From contig CBDCCS010000010.1 of NCBI GenBank assembly GCA_965214935.1, forward strand, positions 234,105-298,104: a stretch of DNA of 64,000 nucleotides, read 5' to 3'. The stretch is from Candidatus Velthaea sp. (GTDB lineage: Bacteria; Vulcanimicrobiota; Vulcanimicrobiia; Vulcanimicrobiales; Vulcanimicrobiaceae). Under the pieces are notes generated by a model that saw only the letters and a program-made list of their open reading frames with translations, had not been told where the DNA came from and ran no database searches. The translations under genes and the position numbers were made by a program. Positions 20,468 to 30,391 of the stretch are shown here, piece by piece. Each line of letters starts with the position of its first letter. Position 1 is the first letter of the stretch.

Positions 20468-21331
20468 ATGCTCAACGTACTAACGACGACACTCAACGGC
20501 GTGACCCTCGGTTCGGTGTACTTTATGGTCGCCGTCGGTTTCACGTTGATTTTTGGTTTGATGCGGGTGGTCAACTTAGCGCACGGAACGCTCTACGCGA
20601 TCGGCGGCTACACGGCATGGGCGATCGCGGATGCAACCGGCAATTGGTGGCTGGGTGCAGCGATTGCCGCAATCGTCACGGGAATCTTCGGCTTTGCTTT
20701 ACAGCAAGGTTTGTTGCGGCGAATCGCGGGTCAGGATTTGCGCGAAGCGCTGGTAACGATCGGCGTTTCGATCGTTGCCGCCGACTTGCTCTTGGCGTAT
20801 TTCGGCGGTGACTTTAAGGACATTAGCGCGCCCGACGTGTTGTCGGGCGCATTCAATCTGCATGCCGGCGGCGTCATGTATCCAACGTTGCGGCTCTTCG
20901 CCCTCGCCGTTGCCCTCGCGGTCGGCGCGTTGCTTTGGTATATGCTGCGCCGCACGCGGATCGGCTTGGTGATCCGGGCGGGGATCGACGACCGGGCGAT
21001 GGTTTCGGCGCTCGGCATCAACGTGCAGCGGTCGTTCGCGCTCGTGTTCGCACTGGGTGCTCTGCTGGCCGGGATCGGCGGCGTCATCGGCGGCACGATC
21101 AACTCGATCGGACCCGGCGATGACGGCACGTATCTCTTGAATTCGCTCATCGTCGTCATCGTCGGCGGGATGGGCAGCATCGTCGGCACCGCGATCGGTG
21201 CGGTGGCAATCGGCTTAGTCGAACAATTCGGCTTGGCGTACGCGCCGACGTATTCATACCTCATGACATTCGCAGTCATGATCGTGGTTTTGGCATTCCG
21301 ACCGCAAGGGCTGCTCGGGCGCGCGGCATGA
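20468..21331 (+). CDS. HAAT-family ABC permease (LivH-like)
   Basis: GFTLIFGLMRVVNLAHG and FRPQGLLG. Confidence 0.92.
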   Translation: MLNVLTTTLNGVTLGSVYFMVAVGFTLIFGLMRVVNLAHGTLYAIGGYTAWAIADATGNWWLGAAIAAIVTGIFGFALQQGLLRRIAGQDLREALVTIGVSIVAADLLLAYFGGDFKDISAPDVLSGAFNLHAGGVMYPTLRLFALAVALAVGALLWYMLRRTRIGLVIRAGIDDRAMVSALGINVQRSFALVFALGALLAGIGGVIGGTINSIGPGDDGTYLLNSLIVVIVGGMGSIVGTAIGAVAIGLVEQFGLAYAPTYSYLMTFAVMIVVLAFRPQGLLGRAA

Positions 21332-22320
21332 ACGGCAACCGGCGCGGCTTGATCGCCATCGCCGTCGCGGCGGTCGTGCTCGTTGCATTTCCGTTCGTCG
21401 CGACACCGTTCTTAACGGTGCAGATCGGGTTTCAGTCGTTATTTCTCGCAACGACGGCGCTGAGCCTTATTTTTCTCGCGCAATACGGCGGGATGGTGTC
21501 GTTGGCGCAGTTTGCGTTTTACGGCGTGAGCGGTTACACGCTCGCAGTGTTGACCGTCAGCTACGGTTGGCCGTGGTATGCCGGCGTCGCCGGCGGGCTC
21601 GCGCTCAGCACGCTCGTTGCGTTTCTGTTCGCATTCGTATCGATTCGCACGCAGGGCATTTACTTCTTGATGATCACGCTGGCGATGGCGATGCTGCTGT
21701 ATTTCTACGCCGAACAAGACCGCGTTTTCACGAACGGCCACACGGGGATTAACGGTGTCGTTCCGCCGTTCGGACCGATCACCGCGCACCCCGTCGGCTA
21801 CTATTTTCTCGCGTTGACAATCGCGGCGGCGGCCTACGGCGGACTGCGGTACTTAGTTCGCACGCCGTTTGGTCTCGCGCTGCAAGGCATTCGCGACGAT
21901 CCGCAGCGAATGCGCTCGCTCGGCTATTTTGTCGAGGCGCATCGAATCGCAGCGTTCGCACTCGCCGGACTCGTTGCCGGTATCGGCGGCGTGCTCGGCG
22001 TCTGGTACAACGGCGCCATTTCACCCGGTACGATCGATCTGACACGTACGATCAATCTGCTCGTTATTGCAGTCGTCGGAGGTTTAGCTTATTTCGAGGG
22101 TGCCTTCGTCGGCGCCGTCTTCTTTACGCTCATCACGAATTTTGCCAGTTCGTTTACCAATCGGTTCAACACCGTTATCGGACTCGCGTTTCTGCTCATT
22201 GCACTTTTCTCACCGCAGGGCATACTCGGGCTCGCGCTGCGCGGCGGACAACGCCGACGCGAGTCCGCCGCCGCACCTGCCGCCGGCATTACGCCCGATA
22301 TCTCGGCGGCACCGCAATAA
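21328..22320 (+). CDS. HAAT-family ABC permease (LivM-like)
   Basis: GIYFLMITLA, TPFGLALQGIRDD and PQGILG. Confidence 0.92.
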   Translation: MNGNRRGLIAIAVAAVVLVAFPFVATPFLTVQIGFQSLFLATTALSLIFLAQYGGMVSLAQFAFYGVSGYTLAVLTVSYGWPWYAGVAGGLALSTLVAFLFAFVSIRTQGIYFLMITLAMAMLLYFYAEQDRVFTNGHTGINGVVPPFGPITAHPVGYYFLALTIAAAAYGGLRYLVRTPFGLALQGIRDDPQRMRSLGYFVEAHRIAAFALAGLVAGIGGVLGVWYNGAISPGTIDLTRTINLLVIAVVGGLAYFEGAFVGAVFFTLITNFASSFTNRFNTVIGLAFLLIALFSPQGILGLALRGGQRRRESAAAPAAGITPDISAAPQ

Positions 22321-22355
22321 TTCACATCGTCGTACGTTAAGGAGGACACACGGAT

Positions 22356-23627
22356 ATGCTGTTTCGGACGCGGATGTTATCGACTGCCGCGCTACTCGCA
22401 ATGCTCGGCACGACGCTGGGGCCGAGCACGGGGGCGTCGGCTGCCGCCGATTCGTCGGGATCGATCAAGATGGGCTTGCTGGCAACCTTGACCGGGCCGT
22501 TCGCACAACTTGGCGCTGACGGGATGCGCGGTGCCATGACCGCCGTCGATGAGTTCAACGGTCAGGCCGGCGGCAGAAAAATCGACGTCGTCAAAGAGAG
22601 TTCGGATGCGACGCCCAACGTTGCACGCGATGCCGCGCGCAAATTGATCGAGCAGGACGGCGTCGACTTCATGGTCGGTCCGCTCTCCGGCGACGAAGGC
22701 ATCGCCGTGCGCGACTACGCCAAGTCGGTGCCGGCAAAAACATTTCTCAACGGCTCGTCCGGCGCCGAAGATACGACGCTGTTCGATCCGGCAGCGAATT
22801 TCTTCCGCTGGAACACCGACGGCGTTCAGTGGATGGCGGGTTTAGGGACGTACGCGCATCGCGACCGGCATTACAATCGCGTCGTGACCCTCGGTGAAGA
22901 CTACTCGTTTCCCTACAGCCAAGTCGGCGGGTTCACCACCGAGTTCTGCAAGGTCGGCGGCCATGTGCTCAGCCATTTGTGGGTACCGCTCGGCACCAAA
23001 GATTTCAGTTCGGTCATCTCCTCGATTCCGCAAAACGTCGACGCCGTGTATGTCGCGTTAGGCGGTTCGGATAGCTTGAACTTCCTCAAACAGTACGTGC
23101 AATTCGGGGGTAAAGCCGCGCTCATCGGCGGTTCGATCACGATCGATCAATCGGTGCTGAGCACTAAGGGAAATCTGTACGAACACGTTTTAGGTGTATC
23201 GGGTGCCGGACCCATTGCCGACGACGATCCGTCGCCGGCTTGGAAAGCGTTTGTCGACGAATACAAAAAACAGCCCGGCGCGCTACCGTCGCCGTCGCTT
23301 TTTGCGCACTCGTATTACCTCAATACCAAAGCCGCGCTGCTCGCCCTCAACAAAGTTCACGGCGACTTAAGCAACAATCAAATGGCCTTTAAATCGGCGT
23401 TGGCAAAGTTGCAGTGGAACAGCCCGACGGGGCCCGTTCATCTCGATTCAAAACGCCAGGCGATCGGTGATATCTATCTGACGGTCGTTGCAAAACGTGC
23501 CGACGGCGTCCTGGTCAACAAGCTCGTACGCGTCACGCATCAAGTCGATGAGACGCTGGGCATTCCGATGGACACGTACATGAAACGCGGAAAACTCGGC
23601 CGTAATACACCGCCGGCTTGTCCGTAA
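22356..23627 (+). CDS. HAAT-family ABC substrate-binding protein
   Basis: SD AAGGAGG; signal peptide; IKMGLLATLTGPFAQLG and GEDYSFPY. Confidence 0.92.
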   Translation: MLFRTRMLSTAALLAMLGTTLGPSTGASAAADSSGSIKMGLLATLTGPFAQLGADGMRGAMTAVDEFNGQAGGRKIDVVKESSDATPNVARDAARKLIEQDGVDFMVGPLSGDEGIAVRDYAKSVPAKTFLNGSSGAEDTTLFDPAANFFRWNTDGVQWMAGLGTYAHRDRHYNRVVTLGEDYSFPYSQVGGFTTEFCKVGGHVLSHLWVPLGTKDFSSVISSIPQNVDAVYVALGGSDSLNFLKQYVQFGGKAALIGGSITIDQSVLSTKGNLYEHVLGVSGAGPIADDDPSPAWKAFVDEYKKQPGALPSPSLFAHSYYLNTKAALLALNKVHGDLSNNQMAFKSALAKLQWNSPTGPVHLDSKRQAIGDIYLTVVAKRADGVLVNKLVRVTHQVDETLGIPMDTYMKRGKLGRNTPPACP

Positions 23628-24376
23628 TGAGCGCAGCGGCGCTCGCCTTACGCGACGTCGGGCGGCGCTTCGGCGGCGTTCGTGCGGTGCAGTCGATTAG
23701 TTTCGATGTCGCGCCGGGCGAACGCCGGGCGGTACTAGGCCCCAACGGCGCCGGTAAAACGACGCTCTTCAACGTGATTGCCGGCGACTTGCGCCCAACC
23801 TCGGGCACGGTCACCTTTCACGGTGAAGAGATCACGCACGTGCCGCCGCATCGCCGCGCGCGGCGCGGTTTGAGCCGGACGTATCAGGCCGCGCATTGTT
23901 TTGGCGGACTAAGCGTGCGCGACAATCTCTTTCTCGCCGCCGGCGGCACGCGGCCCGGACGTATGAGTTTCCGCCGGCCGCCGGCGGCCAGCGAACAACT
24001 TGCACATGCGCAAACATTAGCGTCGGACGTCGGGCTCATGCATGCCGTCGATACACCCGTTGCGACGCTGTCGCACGGCGAACAGCGACAACTCGAACTT
24101 GGAATGGCGCTTGCCGGGCGACCTCAGCTGCTGATGCTCGACGAACCCGCCGCGGGGCTTTCGCCCGGCGAGCGGTCACGCTTGACCGAGCTGCTGTTGG
24201 CACTCGATCCCGCCATGACAATCCTGATCATCGAGCACGATATGGACATCGCATTACGCATCGCCGACATCGTCACGGTCATGCACGACGGCATGATGCT
24301 GGTAACCGGAACGCCCGATGAGATCCGCAGCAGCACCGTCGTGCACGACCTCTATTTGGGTTCTGCCGTTGTCTGA
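23627..24376 (+). CDS. ABC ATP-binding protein (LivG-like)
   Basis: GPNGAGKTT, LSHGEQRQLE, LDEPAAG and IEHDM. Confidence 0.92.
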   Translation: MSAAALALRDVGRRFGGVRAVQSISFDVAPGERRAVLGPNGAGKTTLFNVIAGDLRPTSGTVTFHGEEITHVPPHRRARRGLSRTYQAAHCFGGLSVRDNLFLAAGGTRPGRMSFRRPPAASEQLAHAQTLASDVGLMHAVDTPVATLSHGEQRQLELGMALAGRPQLLMLDEPAAGLSPGERSRLTELLLALDPAMTILIIEHDMDIALRIADIVTVMHDGMMLVTGTPDEIRSSTVVHDLYLGSAVV

Positions 24377-25112
24377 CGCTGGCGCTGGACTTGAGATTGC
24401 CGACGTACACGTCGCGTACGGCCGGGCCCAAGTGCTGCAAGGCGTTTCGCTCCGTGTCGGAGCGGCGCCGGTCGCACTTCTCGGCCGCAATGGAATGGGG
24501 AAAACAACGCTGTGCCAAGCGCTGCTCGGTCTCGTTCCGCTCGCGTCCGGTGAAATTCGATTCGGCGGCGTCTCGCTTCGGGGCCTCAAGCCGCACGAAA
24601 TTGCGAAGCTCGGCATCGGCTACGTTCCGCAAGGGCGGCGCATTTTTCCGTCGCTGAGCGTCGACGAACATTTGCGCTTGATGGAACAGAAGCGGCCGCC
24701 GGCGGGCGGCTGGACCGCAGCGCGCGTTTACGAAACGTTTCCCCGCTTAGCCGAACGTAAGCGAAACGGTGCCGCGGCGCTTTCGGGCGGCGAACAGCAA
24801 ATGCTCGCGATCGGACGCGCGCTGCTGCTCAATCCGCGCTTGCTCGTGATGGACGAACCTTCCGAAGGTTTAGCACCCGTCATCGTTGCGCACGTCATCG
24901 AAACGCTGCACCGTTTGTCGGCCGAAGGCATCGGGTTGTTGATCGTCGAGCAGAAACTCGCGGTCGCGACCGCTGCAGCGAAGCATTTGGCGGTGATGCT
25001 GACCGGACGCATCGTGCTCGAAACGAGTGCCGACGACTTACTTGCCGACGAAGCCGCTCAACGCCGCTATCTCGGTGTCGGCGGTTTAGCGAATGCCGAG
25101 CCGGCCCATTGA
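24369..25112 (+). CDS. ABC ATP-binding protein (LivF-like)
   Basis: GRNGMGKTT, LSGGEQQMLAIGR and DEPSEGLAP; start taken as TTG 24369. Confidence 0.92.
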   Translation: MSDAGAGLEIADVHVAYGRAQVLQGVSLRVGAAPVALLGRNGMGKTTLCQALLGLVPLASGEIRFGGVSLRGLKPHEIAKLGIGYVPQGRRIFPSLSVDEHLRLMEQKRPPAGGWTAARVYETFPRLAERKRNGAAALSGGEQQMLAIGRALLLNPRLLVMDEPSEGLAPVIVAHVIETLHRLSAEGIGLLIVEQKLAVATAAAKHLAVMLTGRIVLETSADDLLADEAAQRRYLGVGGLANAEPAH

Positions 25113-25130
25113 CGCGTCCGGCTCGGCGTT
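25092..25130. terminator. Hairpin between convergent operons
   Basis: AATGCCGAGCCGG...CCGGCTCGGCGTT inverted repeat; no strong U-tract. Confidence 0.45.
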
Positions 25131-25139
25131 ACGGGCCGC

Positions 25140-26186
25140 TTACACGTTTGATATCTCGAGCATGACTTTGATGGTCGAGCGGTCGTCCATCGCACGGTAG
25201 CCTCGGGGTGCATCATCGAGCCCTAAGCGCAGCGTCAGGACGGCGCCCGGATCGATCGTACCGGCGACGACATCGGCCATGAGTTCATCGATGTACGCGC
25301 GCGTCGGCGCAAGCGCACCGGCGATACTGACGTTGCTGACGAACAACTTGCGCGCGTCGAATGTTGATACACCGTACGGTACGCCGACGTACGAAACGGT
25401 CGCACCGGGTCGTGCAATAGCGACGGCCATGTCCATCGTTGCTTGCGAACCGACCGCTTCGACGACGCACGAGACGCCGCCGTCGGTCGCATCGAGGATC
25501 TTCTGCACGGCGTCGGGATCTTTGGAATCGACGATGTCGGTCGCACCGAAGCGGCGGGCAAGTTCGAGCCGCCCGGCATGGTGGCCGATCGCATAGATGC
25601 GTGCGGCGTTCGAGCGCTTTGCCGAAATAACGGCGCACAGGCCGACGGCGCCGTCACCAATGATCGCGACGCTGCTGCCCGCCGTCACGCCGGCCCGCAC
25701 GCAACCGTGGTGACCCGTCGACATGACGTCGGTCAACGTCAGCGCGGACGCGCGTTTATTTGCATCGTGCGCAACCGCGTCGGGAATCGGCCGCAGCGTT
25801 CCGTCGGCGAACGGAACCCGCACGAACTCGCCTTGACCGCCGTCCTCGTCGAGACCGCCCCAGAAGCCGCCGTGACGGCACGACGTGTAAATGCCCGCAT
25901 GGCAATAGTCGCAAGCATTGTCGCTGTAGCTAAACGGCGCCGCAACGACCGCTCCGCGTTGAAACTCACGGACGCCGCTGCCGGCTTCTTCGATCACACC
26001 GATGAACTCGTGACCGATGCGCGAACCGGCTTTCCAATCCGCAATGCCGCGGTACGGCCACAGATCCGACCCGCAAATCGCGGCGTTGACGACCCGCACG
26101 ATTGCATCCGTGGCATCTTTGATCTTCGGATCCGCCACGCTCTCGACACGAATATCGCGCGGTCCATGATATACAGCTGCTTTCAT
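25140..26186 (-). CDS. Zinc-dependent alcohol dehydrogenase (MDR family)
   Basis: ICGSD, GHEFIG, CDYC...C and GDGAVG. Confidence 0.92.
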   Translation of the reverse strand: MKAAVYHGPRDIRVESVADPKIKDATDAIVRVVNAAICGSDLWPYRGIADWKAGSRIGHEFIGVIEEAGSGVREFQRGAVVAAPFSYSDNACDYCHAGIYTSCRHGGFWGGLDEDGGQGEFVRVPFADGTLRPIPDAVAHDANKRASALTLTDVMSTGHHGCVRAGVTAGSSVAIIGDGAVGLCAVISAKRSNAARIYAIGHHAGRLELARRFGATDIVDSKDPDAVQKILDATDGGVSCVVEAVGSQATMDMAVAIARPGATVSYVGVPYGVSTFDARKLFVSNVSIAGALAPTRAYIDELMADVVAGTIDPGAVLTLRLGLDDAPRGYRAMDDRSTIKVMLEISNV

Positions 26187-26228
26187 AGTGCCTCGAACTC
26201 CGCACGATCGAGTGCGGTTGCTGCCGGT

Positions 26229-27863
26229 TTAGATCTTGTATTCCCAGGTGTTCCAAAATCCGGTGACGGCGTGCGCCGGACGGAAGCCGTGCAAGTCGAC
26301 GCTCGCGACGTTGAAAAAACGATCGAACCAGAGCGTGATAAACGGTGAATCGGCAACGACGAGTTGCTGAACATGCGCGTAGGCTGCCTTGCGTACGCCG
26401 ACATCGTACGAACTCAACGCAACGCGTTCGTAGCGATCGATCGCCGGATCGCAGAACCGGTAATAATTCTGCGCGACCGGTGCACGCGCGCCGCATGTCA
26501 CGATCATCGAATCGTCCGGATCGACACCATTGAGCCAACTCGTCAACGCCAAATCCATCTTGCCGCCTTGCACGATTCCGCCCGCACCGGCGGTCGCGTA
26601 CATCAAACTCGACGCGTATGTTTTGACGATAAGATCGACGCCGGCCGCGCGCCATTGCGATTGCAGTAGAACGCCGACGCGTGAATCGGTAGCGCGGCTG
26701 GCCAACGTTGCAAGCGCTAACGTCAGTCGCTTGCCGTTCTTTACGCGAATTCCGTCGACACCGCGTTTCCAGCCGGCTGCGTCGAAGATCTTGTTTGCGC
26801 GTGCGAGATCGAATGGACGTCCGCGGATGTCCGGATCGTTCGCCCACGATCCGGTCGGCTGATCGCCTTCACCCAGCGTATTGACGCCGAACGACGTTGC
26901 CGTAACGATCTGCGCGCGATTCGTCGCATAGACCAGTGCTTGGCGCACGCGAACATCGTTGAGCGGAGCGTGCGCAGTGTTGAACCCGACTTGGCTGAAC
27001 CACACGAACGGCGTGAGGAACACGTGCGTATCGGCAATATCTTTAGCGCTCGGGTATAGCGCCGAATCGGCATTATACCAGAGGTCGATCTCGTGCGTTT
27101 GCAATTGCGTGACGATGGTTTGTTCGTCGGCGATCGCCGAGTAATCGACTTCTTTGAGCTGCGGCGGCCCACGCCAGTAATCGGCGTTGGCGACCATGCG
27201 GATCTTCTCGCCGCGGTGCCAGGTCAACACCTTGAACGGTCCGGTGCCGACCGGTGCGCTGTTGAACGGCACGCGATTGAGATCCGGTTCGCGCGCGAGC
27301 AAGTGCTTGGGATAGACGGGGATCGGGATCTCGCCTTGAGTGAGAAACGTGTCGATGAACGGCGCGTACGGCCGGTCGAGATGCACGACGATCGTCGCGG
27401 CGTCGCGCTTATCAATCCGCGTGATGCGCTCGTACACGGTGCGATCGCCGACGTTGTTGCGCGGATTCATGATTGCACGCCAGGTGAAGATTACGTCGTC
27501 GGCACTGAACGGCGCGCCGTCGTGCCAGCGCACGCCGCGCCGTAAATGATAGGTGATCGCGCGGCCGTCATGTGAAATTCCGCCGTTCGCAAGGGTCGGC
27601 TCGACCATCGCGAGTTCCGGCAACAACCGGTTATGGTCGTCATAGTTAAAGAGAAAGCCGCCCCAAAACATCGCCAGATCGAAATCGATTTGAAAATTCC
27701 CGACCATCGGACTGAGCGTGTCGGGATCGGACACGCTCGCAATGCGCAACACGCCCGGACGCGTCCAAGCATGCCGCGCGCCGTACGCCGGAGCGTCGCC
27801 GACCCGCGTGCACCCGGTCATAACGACGAGCGCGATCAACGCAGCTGCGAGTGTGCGCTGCAC
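26229..27863 (-). CDS. Family 5 (peptide/nickel) ABC substrate-binding lipoprotein
   Basis: Lipobox MTGC; WHDGAPFSADDVIFT, PVGTGPFK and NDVRVRQAL. Confidence 0.9.
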   Translation of the reverse strand: MQRTLAAALIALVVMTGCTRVGDAPAYGARHAWTRPGVLRIASVSDPDTLSPMVGNFQIDFDLAMFWGGFLFNYDDHNRLLPELAMVEPTLANGGISHDGRAITYHLRRGVRWHDGAPFSADDVIFTWRAIMNPRNNVGDRTVYERITRIDKRDAATIVVHLDRPYAPFIDTFLTQGEIPIPVYPKHLLAREPDLNRVPFNSAPVGTGPFKVLTWHRGEKIRMVANADYWRGPPQLKEVDYSAIADEQTIVTQLQTHEIDLWYNADSALYPSAKDIADTHVFLTPFVWFSQVGFNTAHAPLNDVRVRQALVYATNRAQIVTATSFGVNTLGEGDQPTGSWANDPDIRGRPFDLARANKIFDAAGWKRGVDGIRVKNGKRLTLALATLASRATDSRVGVLLQSQWRAAGVDLIVKTYASSLMYATAGAGGIVQGGKMDLALTSWLNGVDPDDSMIVTCGARAPVAQNYYRFCDPAIDRYERVALSSYDVGVRKAAYAHVQQLVVADSPFITLWFDRFFNVASVDLHGFRPAHAVTGFWNTWEYKI

Positions 27864-27868
27864 GCAGG

Positions 27869-29068
27869 TCAGCGCGCTGACGATGCGAGTGAGGCAAAGG
27901 TCGCGCCGATGCGCTCGATGCCGAGCGTTAAGTTTTCGATGCTCGTTGCAAATGAGATCCGGAAATGATGCTCGCCGCTCGGGCCGTATTCAAGGCCCGA
28001 CCGCACCGCAACGCCCGCTGCATGCAGACGCTGCGCGATTTCCGTCGATGCGACCGGTGCTGCGTACCGCGCGAAAATATAGAATCCGCCCTCGGGTGCA
28101 TGCACCGTCATTCCACCGATCGCGCGCAGTTGCTCGACGGCAAAGCGGCGCCGCGCGGCAAACGCGCCCAGCCATGCGTCGGCATGCGGTAAACCGCCGG
28201 CGATCGCCATCAACGCCGCGCGTTGTACGAAGGCGTTGTTCGTGCCGTTAAAGGCACGATGGATGACGCCCGCAGCTCGAACGATGTCGCGCGGACCGGC
28301 CAAATATCCGATGCGCCAACCCGTCATCGCATACGCCTTCGAGAAGGTTTGTGCGCAGACAAGCCGGTCGCGCAGTTCAGGTTGCTGCAACCCCGATGTA
28401 AACGTCGCGCCGTCGTAAACGATCGAATAGTACGCTTCATCGGTGAGCACCAGCGTCGGCGTGCCGGCGAGGAGCCGGCTTAGCTGCTCCCACTCGCTCG
28501 CGCGATACACCGCCCCCGTCGGATTCCCGGGACTGCAAAGGATCAGCAGCCGAGCACCGGGCAGCGCTGCGGCAAGCCGCTCGAAGTTGAGATGAAAATC
28601 CGGTTCGAGTGCCACGAAAACCGGCACGCCGCCGGCCATGTGCACGAGGTCGGCGTAGAGCGAATACGACGGCTCGGGGATGACGACACGGTCGCCCGGA
28701 TCCACGATCGCAACGATTGCCGCGGCTAAACCGGCGCTCGAACCATGCGTAATGAGGATCTGTTCGCGGGTAAAAGTCGCGCCGGCCGTCGTGCTGACGA
28801 GGCCCGCCACCGCTTCACGCAATTCAGTCGCGCCGACCGGATCCGTATAGCGTGTATAACCGGTACGCAGCGCAGTGACCGCCGCTTCGACGATCTCGGG
28901 CGGAGTATCGAAGTCCGGTTCACCCATCGCCAGCGACACGACGCTCGGATCGCTCGCCAGCGAAGGCCGCAATGATGACGCTAGTATTCGCTTCACGGCA
29001 CGGGAACTGGAAAACGGCACTTGTCCAAGTTTCGGAGCAACGCTCGCGTTTTGAGTTCCGCTCGTCAT
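27869..29068 (-). CDS. PLP-dependent aminotransferase class I/II
   Basis: LAMGEPDF, SPGNPTG, TDEAY and SKAYAMTGWRIG; start ATG 29068. Confidence 0.93.
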   Translation of the reverse strand: MTSGTQNASVAPKLGQVPFSSSRAVKRILASSLRPSLASDPSVVSLAMGEPDFDTPPEIVEAAVTALRTGYTRYTDPVGATELREAVAGLVSTTAGATFTREQILITHGSSAGLAAAIVAIVDPGDRVVIPEPSYSLYADLVHMAGGVPVFVALEPDFHLNFERLAAALPGARLLILCSPGNPTGAVYRASEWEQLSRLLAGTPTLVLTDEAYYSIVYDGATFTSGLQQPELRDRLVCAQTFSKAYAMTGWRIGYLAGPRDIVRAAGVIHRAFNGTNNAFVQRAALMAIAGGLPHADAWLGAFAARRRFAVEQLRAIGGMTVHAPEGGFYIFARYAAPVASTEIAQRLHAAGVAVRSGLEYGPSGEHHFRISFATSIENLTLGIERIGATFASLASSAR

Positions 29069-29176
29069 TGAATGGTCGTCTTCTTCCCTGTGCGCTTGAA
29101 CGGCTGTCCGCCTGACGCCGAAGGTTCGAGGCAAACGCCGCCCGTCATGCGCATTGCACGCGGGGCGCCGGCGCGA

Positions 29177-30391
29177 TCAGGGCGCATTGCCGGTCGTCGC
29201 CGCCGACGTCGTGACATCGGCTTGTCCTGCGGCACCGGCGATCGCCGGTGCGACGACGCCGGTCGAAGCCGGAAAGGCCGATTCACTCAACGGATAATCG
29301 ACGGCAAATCCGTAGGCTTTGTAGCCGTCGCCGGAGGTCGCTGCACCCAAAGCCGCCATGTTTTCGGCGCTCGTGCACAGCGTATGCGGTTGGGCTGCAC
29401 CCGGCACGGCTGCTCCGATCGTGTCCGGCACCACGACACTCGCCTGGCCGGGCGTTACTTTGAAGGTGTAATAGTACGGCGCTTTGCCGGACGTCGAACA
29501 CGCTGCCGGCCCTGTGTTGACAAGTTCGACATACTCTTCGGTCACGCCGCCGCCGCTAGCGAACCCGGGCACGATGGTGCCGCCGCCGGTGCCGTCGGGC
29601 GTGAAGACCGGCGGGGTCGTCCACGCCGGCAAAAACGTCAGCGCCAGCGTCGTGGCCGCACGTACCGTCGTGGAACCGGATTGGCCGCTGGTATTTATAC
29701 CGGTGGGCACGACAACGGCAAGAGCGTACGGCCCGGCAACCGGCGCAACGTCGAAGTCATTGAAGCCCAGCGTGTAACCCGGATACGACCCGGGGCCGGT
29801 GTTCGGCGCGGCATTGAACGTACCGTCCTGCGTCGAGGTGTGGCCCGGCGGCGAAAATGCCGGCGGACCACCGATGTATTCAAGTTGCGCGGCGCCCGTT
29901 GCGGTCGCAAAGTACGGCATCGGTGCGGGAATGAGATTTGGTACCGAATTTGAGTTCGTACTTGCCGACGGCAAAAAGCCGTACGCCGATGCAATCGACG
30001 GCGCGGCGCCGGTTTGGTTGAACGTCGACGCGGGTGGCGGACTGTTGAGACTCGTTTCTATCGTTCCGCTCAACGTAGCTTTGCCTGCGTCTGCGCCGGC
30101 ATCGGCCGTTGCCGGAACGATGAAGCCGGGCGGCCCGCTAATCGTGGGCGCATTGAGCAAAACGCTGGCACCGGTGCTTGCGCCGACGCTCTGTCGAAAG
30201 GTCTCGAGCGCGTTAAAGCCATGCGTACCGGCAATGTTCGCGGTGCCGACGGCAAACGTCAGCGTCGTTTGCGTTGCCGGATTGACCGGCGTCGCGATTG
30301 AGGGTTCGAGGCTTTGCTGCGTCGCGGAACCCGAACATGACGCCAGCAACGCCGTCGCGGTCAGTGCAGCGCTACGCAATCTAAAGCGCAT
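29177..30391 (-). CDS. Pro/Thr/Gly-rich lipoprotein of unknown function
   Basis: Lipobox LLASC; overlaps the end of the receptor gene by 11 nt. Confidence 0.75.
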   Translation of the reverse strand: MRFRLRSAALTATALLASCSGSATQQSLEPSIATPVNPATQTTLTFAVGTANIAGTHGFNALETFRQSVGASTGASVLLNAPTISGPPGFIVPATADAGADAGKATLSGTIETSLNSPPPASTFNQTGAAPSIASAYGFLPSASTNSNSVPNLIPAPMPYFATATGAAQLEYIGGPPAFSPPGHTSTQDGTFNAAPNTGPGSYPGYTLGFNDFDVAPVAGPYALAVVVPTGINTSGQSGSTTVRAATTLALTFLPAWTTPPVFTPDGTGGGTIVPGFASGGGVTEEYVELVNTGPAACSTSGKAPYYYTFKVTPGQASVVVPDTIGAAVPGAAQPHTLCTSAENMAALGAATSGDGYKAYGFAVDYPLSESAFPASTGVVAPAIAGAAGQADVTTSAATTGNAP

